DNA of 64,000 nucleotides from Methanobacteriota archaeon (GCA_963769885.1 CAVYNH010000004.1:160001-224000), one strand, 5' to 3'; numbered from the stretch's first letter, positions 20,480 to 30,595 are shown. Numbers and translations: made by a program. The notes: generated by a model not told the origin, from the sequence alone.

Positions 20480-21291
20480 TGAAGATCCAGCCAAAACGAC
20501 TAATCTCTGAGTTCAGCCTCCTCATCGCAGCGAACCTCGGCGCCTTCGGCATCAAGACCGGGTTCTGCTATCCTTTTTTTTACTGTCAAGCCTGCCCGGC
20601 CGCCGACGCCGCCTGCCCCCTGCGCGCCCTTGAACAAAGCGTCTTCCGCGGCTCCATCACCTGGAAACTCCTCGTCTACCCCCTCATGATCCTCGGCGCC
20701 GTCGGCATCGCCACAGGGCGCGCCGTCTGCGCCTGGGCCTGCCCAATCGGATTACTCCAACGCGGCACCGGCCACGTCGCCCGAAGGGTAAAAAAACACC
20801 CCATCGCAAAGCGACTCGGCTCCTGGAAATACGAGAAATACCTCCGCTACAACAAATACGCCATGGTCGTCGTCTTCGTCTTCCTCACCTCCCTACTCAT
20901 CGGGTTCATCTTCACCGACATCTGCCCCGTCGGCGTCCTCGTCGGCACCCTCCCCATCCTAGCCCTGAACCCCGGCAAGTTCGTCCCCAACTACTTCTTC
21001 CCCATCGCCATGATCATCTTCGCCCTTTTCCTCATCCTCATCTTCACCGTCGAACGCGGCTGGTGCCGCTACTTCTGCCCCGTCGGCGCCCTCCTCGCCC
21101 CGATGAATAAGGTCAGCATGCTCCACATGGAGGTCGACACCGCCGGCTGCAAACACTGCAACCTCTGCATCAACATCTGTCCCATGGGCATCGACGTTCC
21201 CTCCATGCACCGGGACCCCGAATGCATCCTCTGCGGCAAATGCGTCGATGCCTGCCCCCACCACCTCGTCAAGTACAAGGTGAAATCATGA
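20479..21291 (+). CDS. Membrane 4Fe-4S binding protein (NapH/MauN-like polyferredoxin)
   Basis: GRAVCAWACPIG, RGWCRYFCPVG, two CxxCxxCxxxCP motifs, TM helices. Confidence 0.9.
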   Translation: MKIQPKRLISEFSLLIAANLGAFGIKTGFCYPFFYCQACPAADAACPLRALEQSVFRGSITWKLLVYPLMILGAVGIATGRAVCAWACPIGLLQRGTGHVARRVKKHPIAKRLGSWKYEKYLRYNKYAMVVVFVFLTSLLIGFIFTDICPVGVLVGTLPILALNPGKFVPNYFFPIAMIIFALFLILIFTVERGWCRYFCPVGALLAPMNKVSMLHMEVDTAGCKHCNLCINICPMGIDVPSMHRDPECILCGKCVDACPHHLVKYKVKS

Positions 21292-21908
21292 AACGATTAC
21301 TCGCCGTCCAAATCGGCATCATCCTCGTCCTCGCCGGAGGCATCCTCTACTCCTCCGGCGTCTACACCGCGGTCCAGGACAACATCGTTGAGGTTCTCTG
21401 CCTCAGCTGCATCAAACTCGAGCCGAAGACCTCCGTAGCCTTCACCTTCCTGACCGCCACCGGCGCCCCACACCCCCTCTTCATCCGCGAGAACCTCACG
21501 GCCGCCCCCATCATGATTATGTACAGCGAGGACGTCTGCGCCGCCTGCGAAGAGATGTACCCCGTCGTCAAACACATGCTGAACGTCACCTTCGACAAAG
21601 ACGACATGGTCTACACCCACACGACTTTCCAAGGGGAGAATGTCACCTTCTTCTTCATCAACATCGACCACACCACCGCCCAGCTCCGCGACACCCGGCC
21701 GCTCTACGACAAGGAACACGTCGACGGCCTCCCGATGTTCACCTTCATCACGCTCCGATACGACGAAGGCACCGTCCACCCCTACTACACCAGCGTCTAC
21801 GGGACCCTGACTCTTCCGAATTCAGCCGAACGCGAGGCTTTCCTCGCCAACATCCTCACCGACAGCATCCACCTCTACCACGAAAACAGAATCGGCTACC
21901 AGCCATAG
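21288..21908 (+). CDS. Membrane-anchored thioredoxin-fold protein
   Basis: ATGA overlap with upstream stop; N-terminal TM helix, CLSC and CAAC motifs, GLP. Confidence 0.7.
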   Translation: MKRLLAVQIGIILVLAGGILYSSGVYTAVQDNIVEVLCLSCIKLEPKTSVAFTFLTATGAPHPLFIRENLTAAPIMIMYSEDVCAACEEMYPVVKHMLNVTFDKDDMVYTHTTFQGENVTFFFINIDHTTAQLRDTRPLYDKEHVDGLPMFTFITLRYDEGTVHPYYTSVYGTLTLPNSAEREAFLANILTDSIHLYHENRIGYQP

Positions 21909-21952
21909 AAAAGAGAAAAAGGAAAAAAAGGGGAAAATGAACGCGCTTTCCC

Positions 21953-22117
21953 TTACAACTCGCCGCTTCTGATTTTTTGTCTTAGGATGTCAAACTGAGC
22001 GCGGGTCAGGGTGCAGATGTTGTTCTTTTCACCGATTATCACGCGGTCTTCGCGCACGTCGACAACCGGGCATTTTGGAGGCGTACATACGCCATCGTGG
22101 CAGAGAACGACTTTCAT
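21953..22117 (-). CDS. 54-aa Cys-rich small protein (not in ORF track)
   Basis: MKVVLCHDGVCTPPKCPVVDVREDRVIIGEKNNICTLTRAQFDILRQKIRSGEL; AAGGGGA RBS and TTTATAAA upstream. Confidence 0.7.
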   Translation of the reverse strand: MKVVLCHDGVCTPPKCPVVDVREDRVIIGEKNNICTLTRAQFDILRQKIRSGEL

Positions 22118-22393
22118 AGTTATCCCCTTACTTATTGGTGTTTATTAAAGCTCTTGAACTTTATAAAGATTATGGTTGTCTCTATCCTAAAACGCATTAT
22201 GTTTAATTAAAATCGGGCTTGTTATTGGGTCTTTTCGTTAAACAGACTTAATCTTTTCTTTGCACAGGAATATATGTAAAACGAACATTACGGGTAAAAC
22301 GGTGAAAAAAATCCAACACATAAGAACATTATTTCAATCATATACTTTTTAAACAGATTCATCATATGAGATTTTATTGATGAGGGTATTATT

Positions 22394-22999
22394 ATGAGTG
22401 AATATCCATATTGTCAGGCAAGAAACAAAATTAAGCCATTTTTTGAGAAAATACAAAGTATAGGAAAGCCAGATAAAGTAACTGTAAAATGGTTAACTAG
22501 CATTGGTTATAAATCATCCAATGACCGCACGATATTATCAGTTTTAAAATTTATCAATTTTACTGATGAAGCAGGAGTTCCCACCAATAAATGGCAACAA
22601 TATAAGAATAAGTCAAAATCAAAAATAGTAATGGCTCAAGGAATTCAAATGGGTTATTCTGAACTATTTAAAATATATCCAGATGCTAATAGCCAAGGAA
22701 GAGTAGAATTAACTAATTTCTTCTCAGAAAAAACAGAAGGCGGAAGTGCGGTAGTAGAAAAAATGGTTAGTACATTTACGGAATTATGCTCCTTGGCCGA
22801 TTTCGGTTCGGTTGGAGAAGTATCAACAGAAGACGAAAAGACTACCGATACTGAACAAAAAACAAAAAAGGGAGATACCAGCTATAGTGGAAAAGGATAC
22901 ATCATCAATATCAATATTCAATTAACTGTGCCGGAGACTACTGATGGTGATGTATACGAAAAATTTTTTGCAGCAATGAAAAAGCATCTTTTCTCTTGA
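22394..22999 (+). CDS. DUF5343-like protein
   Basis: YPY...FFEKI....P.KV...WL..IG.KSSNDR.I..VLKF..F.D..G.PT; C-terminal ININIQL.VPET.D..VY..FF. Confidence 0.75.
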   Translation: MSEYPYCQARNKIKPFFEKIQSIGKPDKVTVKWLTSIGYKSSNDRTILSVLKFINFTDEAGVPTNKWQQYKNKSKSKIVMAQGIQMGYSELFKIYPDANSQGRVELTNFFSEKTEGGSAVVEKMVSTFTELCSLADFGSVGEVSTEDEKTTDTEQKTKKGDTSYSGKGYIININIQLTVPETTDGDVYEKFFAAMKKHLFS

Positions 23000-23005
23000 G
23001 CAAAT

Positions 23006-23539
23006 ATGAAATCTTTACAAGAAATTCTCGATAAAACAAACAAGTTTGAAGAAGAAGCACATAGAATTTTTTCTAAACATGAAGGAACAAAATCAGGAAC
23101 AGTCACACTTACCCAAACTCAAAAAAGACTAACTTGTTTATCTCTTAAACAAAATGAATTATTACAAGAAGCTATAAAAAGTATAAAAAATGAATTATAT
23201 CGAGGAGCCTATGTTCTTGCCTGGGCAGCGTTTATAGATTTTTTAGAAGAAAAACTTGCATCAGATGGATTGGTCAAAGTCAAACAACATAGACCTAATT
23301 GGAGTAAGTTTAAAACAATCGAAGAGTTAAGAGAAAACGTTCCCGAATTTCAATTAATTGATGTGGCACACGATGTTAATCTCTTGACAAAAGCTGAGAC
23401 TAAAACTATACAGGGTTTACTATCAAAAAGAAATGAATGTGCTCATCCAAGTTCTTATACTCCTCGTTTTGCTGAGAGTCTTGGATACCTTGACGAAATA
23501 TTCAATCGCATTGAACAGATACAAAAAAGAAATATGTGA
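23006..23539 (+). CDS. HEPN-domain protein, putative RNase
   Basis: EAI......YR.A.VLAW helix and C-terminal RNECAH (Rx4H) motif. Confidence 0.75.
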   Translation: MKSLQEILDKTNKFEEEAHRIFSKHEGTKSGTVTLTQTQKRLTCLSLKQNELLQEAIKSIKNELYRGAYVLAWAAFIDFLEEKLASDGLVKVKQHRPNWSKFKTIEELRENVPEFQLIDVAHDVNLLTKAETKTIQGLLSKRNECAHPSSYTPRFAESLGYLDEIFNRIEQIQKRNM

Positions 23540-23638
23540 AACTATACAAACAAAAAAAGAATCTCTCTTCTGAGAAGTTTTCTAATTTCTCTAGAAGATT
23601 TAGTAATTCGTCCGTTTATCCATTAATCAAAAAATGTT

Positions 23639-24145
23639 CTATCGTCTAGACCTTCTTGCCCTCCTTGGTCTCCTTTCTGTAACACAACTGCATTTGGTAT
23701 ATCCTTCTTTCTCTAACAGTTCAATAGCATGAGAGTCTTTAATCCCCACTAATTTCGTCTTTTCGCCTTGATAGTGGCTGCATTTGGATATGTGAATAAT
23801 TCTTTTCCCTTCATCAACAAGATATGTTGAAAGTCTTGAGTTTCTTTCTGCTCGAAGAAAAACTGTTGCTGCTAATACAACGAAAAAAAACATTGCTACA
23901 AGCAGGATAGCTGTCTCCGCAATTTTTGTTTCGAGCGGGGTTTGCTCATTTAGAATAGTATTTAATTGACCTCCGATCCAAACTACCATACCACCAGCAA
24001 TACCAGCAATAAATCTCTTTGCAAAATCATGATAGACCTTACGTTCCTGTTCAGCAAATTTACGCAAAGTCAATATGTAGTAAGCAGAAATTGCTGAAGT
24101 AGTTATTAGAAGTATAGCTAACGAGGCTAGCGTTATAATTTCCAT
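23639..24145 (-). CDS. Three-TM membrane protein with C-terminal His/Cys metal-binding domain
   Basis: Three hydrophobic segments then IIHISKCSH...A...GYTKCSC and Arg-rich tail. Confidence 0.65.
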   Translation of the reverse strand: MEIITLASLAILLITTSAISAYYILTLRKFAEQERKVYHDFAKRFIAGIAGGMVVWIGGQLNTILNEQTPLETKIAETAILLVAMFFFVVLAATVFLRAERNSRLSTYLVDEGKRIIHISKCSHYQGEKTKLVGIKDSHAIELLEKEGYTKCSCVTERRPRRARRSRR

Positions 24146-24420
24146 GCTTCAGGTATTCTATTGAGCTGTAAAATATCTTTCCTTAATTCACAGTCATACC
24201 CAGGCGGAGAGTTGGGTGGCGTGATGGGGTCTAACTTCCCTGCAAGTTGTTCCAACGCCTCAGTCTGAGTCAAAGATATAGAAGGAAGTCATGTGTAGAA
24301 AATTATACCTGGATGGAGATATGGAAATATAGATTATGCTGTTTCTATACAAAATTTTATTATGTTGAATCAAAAACCGACCCTCTTGTAAAGCAGTTTG
24401 GAAGTGGTTTTTCGTCTTTG

Positions 24421-26286
24421 TTACCGTCGGGTCTGCATGATCCATTGCAGAATGTTTTGGAACGGATGCAGGGACAGTGCTTTCTGCAAGAGTAGATAAT
24501 GGAATGTAGGCTCTAGCACCGGCGTCGCAAGACTGACCGGGATGATCTCGTAGTCCGAGACATTATCGATATTGATAATCTTTATCTGACCTGAAAACTG
24601 GGACTTAGGTTCATCGGGAGCAACCATGGAAACATGAACCGTCAGAGCACCGGCATCCGGTGTAAGATTAGTACCCGATGAGGGAGTAAACGTCCATGTC
24701 CCCCACGTCGGGTAGGAGTCAACCTTCCAATTGAGGAAGGAAAGCTCGTCGCCGATGTTCGCAACGGTGAAACTCCCCTCAACCGTCGCCCCCGGCTTGA
24801 TGTTCGACCAGGACAGCGATCCAGTGCACTTTAAATCAGGAATATACTCGACGTGGATTTGATTGTAGTAGAGATAATTGCCAATGGTCAGGTCCCAATT
24901 GGAAACCCCCATGTCAAGCGATTTTGAAAACGTGTACTTTATCTGCACAGAGCTCGCCGGGACAACGCCGACGGTCACAAAGCCCTGGTCCCGGCTGTAC
25001 ATATACTGCGAAAAATCCAACGTAACTCCATCGACCTTCACGCTATCAATCCGTTGAATATTCCTATTTTTAAGATAAAACAGTCGGCTGCCAGCGTCGA
25101 ACGTTTCGGTCACGGTATAGTCGTCTCGGGTTGGGCCAACGTTGCCGAACACGATCTTTTCGACGACGCTGGTACCGCCAGAGGTCCATGATGAGCTCGT
25201 CGGAAGTCCGGTTCCATTATTGAGAAAGATCCAGGTGTTCGTCCACCAGCCTCCAGTTGCAAGGTCAAGCTTGTTATCCCAGTTGACATCTGCCAACTCG
25301 ACCGCCGATCCGTACCCCACATAATGGCTCCAGGAATGGGTCGTGGCGAAAAACCCGCTAGGAAGTCCGCTGTACTGCTTAATTAGACCGCTGCCTCCCT
25401 GCTGCGTGTTGTCTGCCGTGAAGAGGTCGCGAAGGCCATCGGCATTGACATCGCCGGAGGTCATCAAATTCCCAAACTGGTTTGCGCTATCGCTTGTGAA
25501 CCAGCTTGCCGTCGTCTCAAGGACTCCCCCCAAGTTCCTATAGACCCGAGTTTGGGCGTACGAGGCGACTCCTGCGAGATCGAGCCATCCATCAGTGTCA
25601 GCATCAACCCAATGGACAGACTCCATGATATCTTGGTCGCTGGATTGCCAGCTCGGAGTTGACTCAAGAGTACCACCGATATTACGATACACCAGGGTGT
25701 GGTAGTGGACCCCTGAATAGGAGTCTCCTGTTGCCACTGCCAGGTCGGGGCGTCCGTCGTTGTTCATGTCGCCGAAGTCCACGACAAAGGCATGACCGAT
25801 CAAGGTCGCACTCCAATTTGCCTGAGAGGACAAGGTGCCATGGTTGTTCAGGTAGACGCGAGCAACGTGGCCTGTCGAGCTTCCGGATCCCAGGTATGCG
25901 ACAGCGACGTCGAGCCACCCATCGCCGTTCACATCAGCCACATCCAAATGCCCGTTGTATCCGACATCAGCTGATTGCCAGTTCGCCGTTGATGAAAGCG
26001 CTCCGTCCCCGTTATTCAAGTACACATTGACGTGGCCCATTGCCATGTCGTTCCCATCTGAGATGACGAGGTCGAGCCAGCCGTCGTTGTTGATGTCAGC
26101 AAACTCCGCTCCCGTGGAATAACTTGGGTTACTCGAGATCCAGTCTGGCGTCGTATGATACGGACCATCCACTGGCGATGATCTTTGTGAGGGAGTACCC
26201 TGCGATGGTTGTCCCATGACGAATAGTGGTAAGAAACCGACGATGGATACGGCAATGAATGCGCTGAGAATCTTTCTGTTTTTCAT
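24421..26286 (-). CDS. Secreted FG-GAP/VCBS-repeat beta-propeller protein
   Basis: Signal peptide; repeated D(I/V/M)NxDGxxD(L/V) motifs; C-terminal Ig-like segment. Confidence 0.88.
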   Translation of the reverse strand: MKNRKILSAFIAVSIVGFLPLFVMGQPSQGTPSQRSSPVDGPYHTTPDWISSNPSYSTGAEFADINNDGWLDLVISDGNDMAMGHVNVYLNNGDGALSSTANWQSADVGYNGHLDVADVNGDGWLDVAVAYLGSGSSTGHVARVYLNNHGTLSSQANWSATLIGHAFVVDFGDMNNDGRPDLAVATGDSYSGVHYHTLVYRNIGGTLESTPSWQSSDQDIMESVHWVDADTDGWLDLAGVASYAQTRVYRNLGGVLETTASWFTSDSANQFGNLMTSGDVNADGLRDLFTADNTQQGGSGLIKQYSGLPSGFFATTHSWSHYVGYGSAVELADVNWDNKLDLATGGWWTNTWIFLNNGTGLPTSSSWTSGGTSVVEKIVFGNVGPTRDDYTVTETFDAGSRLFYLKNRNIQRIDSVKVDGVTLDFSQYMYSRDQGFVTVGVVPASSVQIKYTFSKSLDMGVSNWDLTIGNYLYYNQIHVEYIPDLKCTGSLSWSNIKPGATVEGSFTVANIGDELSFLNWKVDSYPTWGTWTFTPSSGTNLTPDAGALTVHVSMVAPDEPKSQFSGQIKIINIDNVSDYEIIPVSLATPVLEPTFHYLLLQKALSLHPFQNILQWIMQTRR

Positions 26287-26390
26287 ATTGTTCCCCCACA
26301 AACTACACGTTTGAAATGACTGAACCTATTAATAAGACCTCAGATACCAGGAAATCCCCCTAACAGAATAATATAGATTATGACTCCTGC

Positions 26391-27761
26391 TTAAATATAA
26401 TCAGCAACGATAATCGACCCTCGATCCACGTTTGAGATAATTCTCAGGCGTCCCTTCTCGATCTGCGCCACCGGCCGCACCGAGACCGTGACTTCTGGCC
26501 CGACCTTCTGTAAGAACTGCGCCTGCAGGAATCGACAGACCTCCTCATCCGACGGCATGGTAATCGTCGGGTCCAACTCCACGAGAATCTCAATGGACCG
26601 GAGATCGTGCTGGACAATCTTCGTGTTTTTCACCTTTCGCGTCCGCATCTCATAGAGCAGCTTGCTGAAGATCTCCGCAAAAGAAGCCGGCAACAGCATC
26701 CGGCCGCCGGGCAGAATCAACGACAGGTCGTCCCGACCATAAATCCGGTTAATCAACTGCCCTGACTGCCCGCAGGGACAGGAAGCCTCCTTAAGGCTGA
26801 CGATGTCGTTGACTGCATTGTACCGAATTATCGGTGTCCCTGCACCATAGAGTTTGGTAACCACTAAGTTCCCAGCTGTGCCAACGGGAACCGACTGCCC
26901 TTGACGGACAACCTCGAGGAAGAGGAGATCGGAGAGCACATGATAGCCGCCATGCGTGCATTGGAACGCGATCGGCCCGGTTTCTGTCGCCCCGTACACT
27001 TCGTACACCTGTGCGTTAAAAGCCTGCTGGAGGATCTTCTTCAATGAAGGGTCGAGGATGGAGCCAGTCGCCGTGATGATACGTGGAACCACCTGGGCGC
27101 CTTGCCCCTGCTCCTTGAGTAAGGCGAGATGCCCCAACATGCCGACGTAGCCCCAGATGCAGTCCGGCTGGAACCGTTCGAGTGCATTCATGACTTCATC
27201 GGGTGGTGAGTTGGTGTCCAGCCATTGGACGTTTTTGAACAACAATGCGTTCGTGCGACCGACGCCGCGGTTCACATACCCGCTCTCCGCGGTATGGGGC
27301 GCGAAGTCTCCGATGATGCTGATGCGGTCGCGGCGCCAGCGAATGCCATAATGCTGCAGCATCCGCAGGTACCCTAAAAGTCCGATGACGACTTCGGAGA
27401 GGTCCACGTACACGGTGAGGGATTTCCCGGTCGTCCCGGAGGTTGCGACCTGGATCAGCCGGTCTCGATGGGTCTTTGTGGAGACGATACCGTCAGGGGA
27501 GTAATCCGTGATATCGGTCTTGGAGATCATGGGCAGTCTGGTGATGTCAGAGATTCCATTAATGGAAGGGGGATCAATGCCAGCCTTGGTGTAGATCGAC
27601 TGGTACATGGGTACGGTTTGGGCGAAGGCGAGGAGGCGGCGGAGCTGCCGGTCTTGGTAGCGGTGGAGTCGGTCCTCGTCCCAGCGGGAGAGCCGTCCCA
27701 TGTCCATCGCGTAGCTTTTCAGCATCCGTGACAGGAAGATAGGATTGCGGAAGGGATCCAT
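26391..27761 (-). CDS. Phenylacetate-CoA ligase/F390 synthetase-like adenylate-forming enzyme
   Basis: TSGTTG, YGATE, PIIRY, GRDD motifs. Confidence 0.88.
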   Translation of the reverse strand: MDPFRNPIFLSRMLKSYAMDMGRLSRWDEDRLHRYQDRQLRRLLAFAQTVPMYQSIYTKAGIDPPSINGISDITRLPMISKTDITDYSPDGIVSTKTHRDRLIQVATSGTTGKSLTVYVDLSEVVIGLLGYLRMLQHYGIRWRRDRISIIGDFAPHTAESGYVNRGVGRTNALLFKNVQWLDTNSPPDEVMNALERFQPDCIWGYVGMLGHLALLKEQGQGAQVVPRIITATGSILDPSLKKILQQAFNAQVYEVYGATETGPIAFQCTHGGYHVLSDLLFLEVVRQGQSVPVGTAGNLVVTKLYGAGTPIIRYNAVNDIVSLKEASCPCGQSGQLINRIYGRDDLSLILPGGRMLLPASFAEIFSKLLYEMRTRKVKNTKIVQHDLRSIEILVELDPTITMPSDEEVCRFLQAQFLQKVGPEVTVSVRPVAQIEKGRLRIISNVDRGSIIVADYI

Positions 27762-27829
27762 GGGATAGGTAGGGATTGAACCGATTACTTAAATAGCTGT
27801 CCCTTATTAGACCGGCGTGTAGGCTGCCA

Positions 27830-29173
27830 ATGAATATCCTGATCGTCGAGACGGTGTGGATGGGACGCGAGCGCTACGGGGTATTCGATACGGCGTTGTT
27901 GACCGCGTTTTCGATTCTGCCCACGCTGCAGGCGCGGCAGTTGGCGGCGATTACGCCCAAGCAGCATGCGGTTACGCTCATCAACGAACGATACCAGCAG
28001 ATTGACTTTGATTGCGGGTATGATGTGGTGTTGATAAATTTCACGACACCCACGGCTCCCCGGGCGTATGCGATTGCGGATGCGTTCCGATCGCGGCATG
28101 TCCCGGTAGTGCTCAGCGGGATCCATGCCTCGGCGGTCCCGCAGGAGGCCAAGGAGCATGCGGACGCGGTGCTGCTCGGACGCGGGGAGCCGGCCTGGCC
28201 TGGGGTGCTTGAGGATCTCAAGAAGAGGTCATTGAAACCGTTCTATCCGCCGGTCCCGTATCCTGCGGAGGGGTCGCTGCCGGATTCGAAGGTAGAGCTA
28301 CCTGGGTTCGTGGTGATGGGCGCGGTGGAGGCGTCCCGGGGATGTCCGTATCGGTGTGAGTTCTGCCCGGAGTCGCATCTCTCAGCGGATCAACCGTTCG
28401 TTCAGCGGCCGGCGGAGGAGGTCGTGGAGGAGGTCCGTCGGCTTCCGCAGCGGATCGTCATGTTCTATGATGGAACGTTGACGGCGGATCCGGGGTATGC
28501 GAAGGCGTTGTTTTTCAAATTAAGGGGCGTGGGGAAGCGGTTTTTTGTGAATGGGAACGTGGATGTGTTGGCGCGTGACCCTGAGCTGGTACGGTTGTCT
28601 CGGGAGGCAGGGTGTCTGGGCTGGTTCATCGGGTTTGAGTCGGTGTGTGAGGCGTCGTTGGCGTCGTATCGGAAACGGACGAATCGGCTCGCGGAGTATC
28701 GTGCGGCGGTCGAGTCAATCCATCGGTATGGGATGGTAGTGTTCGGGAGTTTCATGTTTGGGGCGGATGCGGAGTCCACCTCGGTTTTCGAGGAGACGCG
28801 GCGGGTGATCGAGGAGCTGGGTCTGGATGTGGTCGATTTTTGCGTGTTGACGCCGCTGCCGGGGACGCCGTTGTTTACGCGGTTGGAGAAGGAAGGGCGG
28901 ATTCTGACCCGGGATTGGTCTCGGTATACGTTGAACCAGGTCGTGTTTGTACCGAAGCAGATGACGGCTGAACAGTTGCTTCGGGGGACGCAGGGGTTGT
29001 TCGCCTGGTTCTATAGTCCGAAGAACACGGTACGGCGGTTGGCGCGGAGCCTGCGGCTGGGGCTGTTGCCGTTTTGGGTGGTCGCGGGGCGTAATCTTGT
29101 GGCGACCATGGGGGCGCGACGGCTGCTACAAAAAGATGCGGTTTTAGAGGCCGAGGACGCGGAGCGTCAGTGA
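27830..29173 (+). CDS. B12-binding domain radical SAM protein
   Basis: SGIHAS, SRGCPYRCEFC, IGFES, TPLPGTP. Confidence 0.9.
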   Translation: MNILIVETVWMGRERYGVFDTALLTAFSILPTLQARQLAAITPKQHAVTLINERYQQIDFDCGYDVVLINFTTPTAPRAYAIADAFRSRHVPVVLSGIHASAVPQEAKEHADAVLLGRGEPAWPGVLEDLKKRSLKPFYPPVPYPAEGSLPDSKVELPGFVVMGAVEASRGCPYRCEFCPESHLSADQPFVQRPAEEVVEEVRRLPQRIVMFYDGTLTADPGYAKALFFKLRGVGKRFFVNGNVDVLARDPELVRLSREAGCLGWFIGFESVCEASLASYRKRTNRLAEYRAAVESIHRYGMVVFGSFMFGADAESTSVFEETRRVIEELGLDVVDFCVLTPLPGTPLFTRLEKEGRILTRDWSRYTLNQVVFVPKQMTAEQLLRGTQGLFAWFYSPKNTVRRLARSLRLGLLPFWVVAGRNLVATMGARRLLQKDAVLEAEDAERQ

Positions 29174-30595
29174 GGTTGTCGCGTTTTTGCCTGTCGTGTC
29201 GTAGGCGATGGCGGTCACGGTGTGGGTCTGGAGACCGAGGGAGATTTTCTTAATCGGCCATTTATAGGAGAATGGTTCGCTGGTGAAGTTCTTGACGTGT
29301 TTGCCGTCGATGTAGAGTTCAACGCTAGCGATGCCGGAGTCGGTGTCGGTTGCCTTGACCGTGATGGTGGGGCGGCCGAGGCAGAGGGTGACCTTGGGCT
29401 TGAATTTTGTGAGAATGTGCCGGTTCATCAGGTTTAGGGTGTTGGCGACGGGGAAGGTGATGCCGACTGCGGGTGGGAGGTTGCCGCCGGGGACGATGAG
29501 GGTGGCGTTGCTGGCGTCGATGAAGTAGGCGGTGAACGGCCCTTTTTCCTCTTCGGAGGCACCGCTGGGGTTTGAGTACTCCTTGGTCCCGGAGCGGCTG
29601 TAGAGGGCGGCCAGGATCGCGGTGTTGTCGAAGTCGGTGGTATTCCCGGTGATGGTGTAGTTTTTCATCCATTGCCCATAGGGCTGGATCGTGATGGTCT
29701 CGTTGGCCAGGATTTTCGTGAGGCCGTAGTGGTAGATGCCGGTGCCGCCGTGGTAGGCCCAGCTGTTGCGGTCGGTGTTGAAGACGCGGAGGGTCCCAGT
29801 ATAGGTAGAGTCCGTGTAGCTTGTGATGTTCACCGTGATGGTGGCCATGCTTGAGGTGTTTGTGGCGGTGATGATGAGCTGGAGGGCTGGCACGCTGCGG
29901 TTGGCGGCTTCGGCGATAGCCGCGGCGATGGTTTCTTTGGTCTGGGTGCCGACGAGGATCTTGTAGCCGCCGTCGACGAAGAGCGCTGGGTAGGCCTTGA
30001 CGTTGTAGGCGGTGGTGCGGGCCTCGGCGTCGCTGCTCATGTCGTCCACGTACGCGATGTAGGAGAACGCCTTGTCCTCTTCTTCGAGGGCGTGCAGGGC
30101 ATCGGCCACGGTGGGGCAGTAGACGCAGCCCGTGTAGGTCGCCTCCTCGATGAAGACATGGTGTGCCAGCGACACGTTCTGCTGCTTGACGGTGATGACA
30201 TAGAAGGTGCTGCCGTCGCTGGAGGGGTTGCCGGCCTGGTTACCGGCCGCGTCTTCCACGAGGACGTAGTATTCGTAGTTCACCGCGAGGCCTCGTGGGA
30301 TCGCGATGAGGGCGCTGCCGTTGAGCAGTGAGGTGCTCGTCCAGTTCTTCTCGCCGGCCTTGCGATAGTTCAAGGTCGCGTTCGTTACCTCAATATCGTC
30401 GCTGAATGTCGCCTTGATCTGAACGGTCTTCCCCGTGAATGCGGTGGTGTTTCCGGTGACGAAGGAGATGATCGGCGGCGTCGTATCGGAGTTCGCATTG
30501 TTCTGCATGTTCGCGTATAGGTAGACGTAGACGGAGGAACCGGCGAGGGCCGCGATGACGACGACTACGAGGACACGTTTCAGGAGACGCTGCAT
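29144..30595 (-). CDS. Membrane-anchored secreted protein with thioredoxin-like (Omp28-like) and Ig-like domains
   Basis: N-terminal TM, VFIEEATYTGCVYCP, AYP..FVDG, C-terminal D.DSGI..VE.YIDG. Confidence 0.75.
   Translation of the reverse strand: MQRLLKRVLVVVVIAALAGSSVYVYLYANMQNNANSDTTPPIISFVTGNTTAFTGKTVQIKATFSDDIEVTNATLNYRKAGEKNWTSTSLLNGSALIAIPRGLAVNYEYYVLVEDAAGNQAGNPSSDGSTFYVITVKQQNVSLAHHVFIEEATYTGCVYCPTVADALHALEEEDKAFSYIAYVDDMSSDAEARTTAYNVKAYPALFVDGGYKILVGTQTKETIAAAIAEAANRSVPALQLIITATNTSSMATITVNITSYTDSTYTGTLRVFNTDRNSWAYHGGTGIYHYGLTKILANETITIQPYGQWMKNYTITGNTTDFDNTAILAALYSRSGTKEYSNPSGASEEEKGPFTAYFIDASNATLIVPGGNLPPAVGITFPVANTLNLMNRHILTKFKPKVTLCLGRPTITVKATDTDSGIASVELYIDGKHVKNFTSEPFSYKWPIKKISLGLQTHTVTAIAYDTTGKNATTSLTLRVLGL

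Noticed and set aside
24226-24244. Weak resemblance to the tRNA-Leu 3' end at the edge of the HEPN insert
   Set aside because: Too many gaps and mismatches, and no partner repeat found at the other edge.
24265-24275. CTGAGTCAAAG also found at 60924-60934 near another AT-rich region
   Set aside because: An 11-mer match is expected many times by chance in 64 kb.
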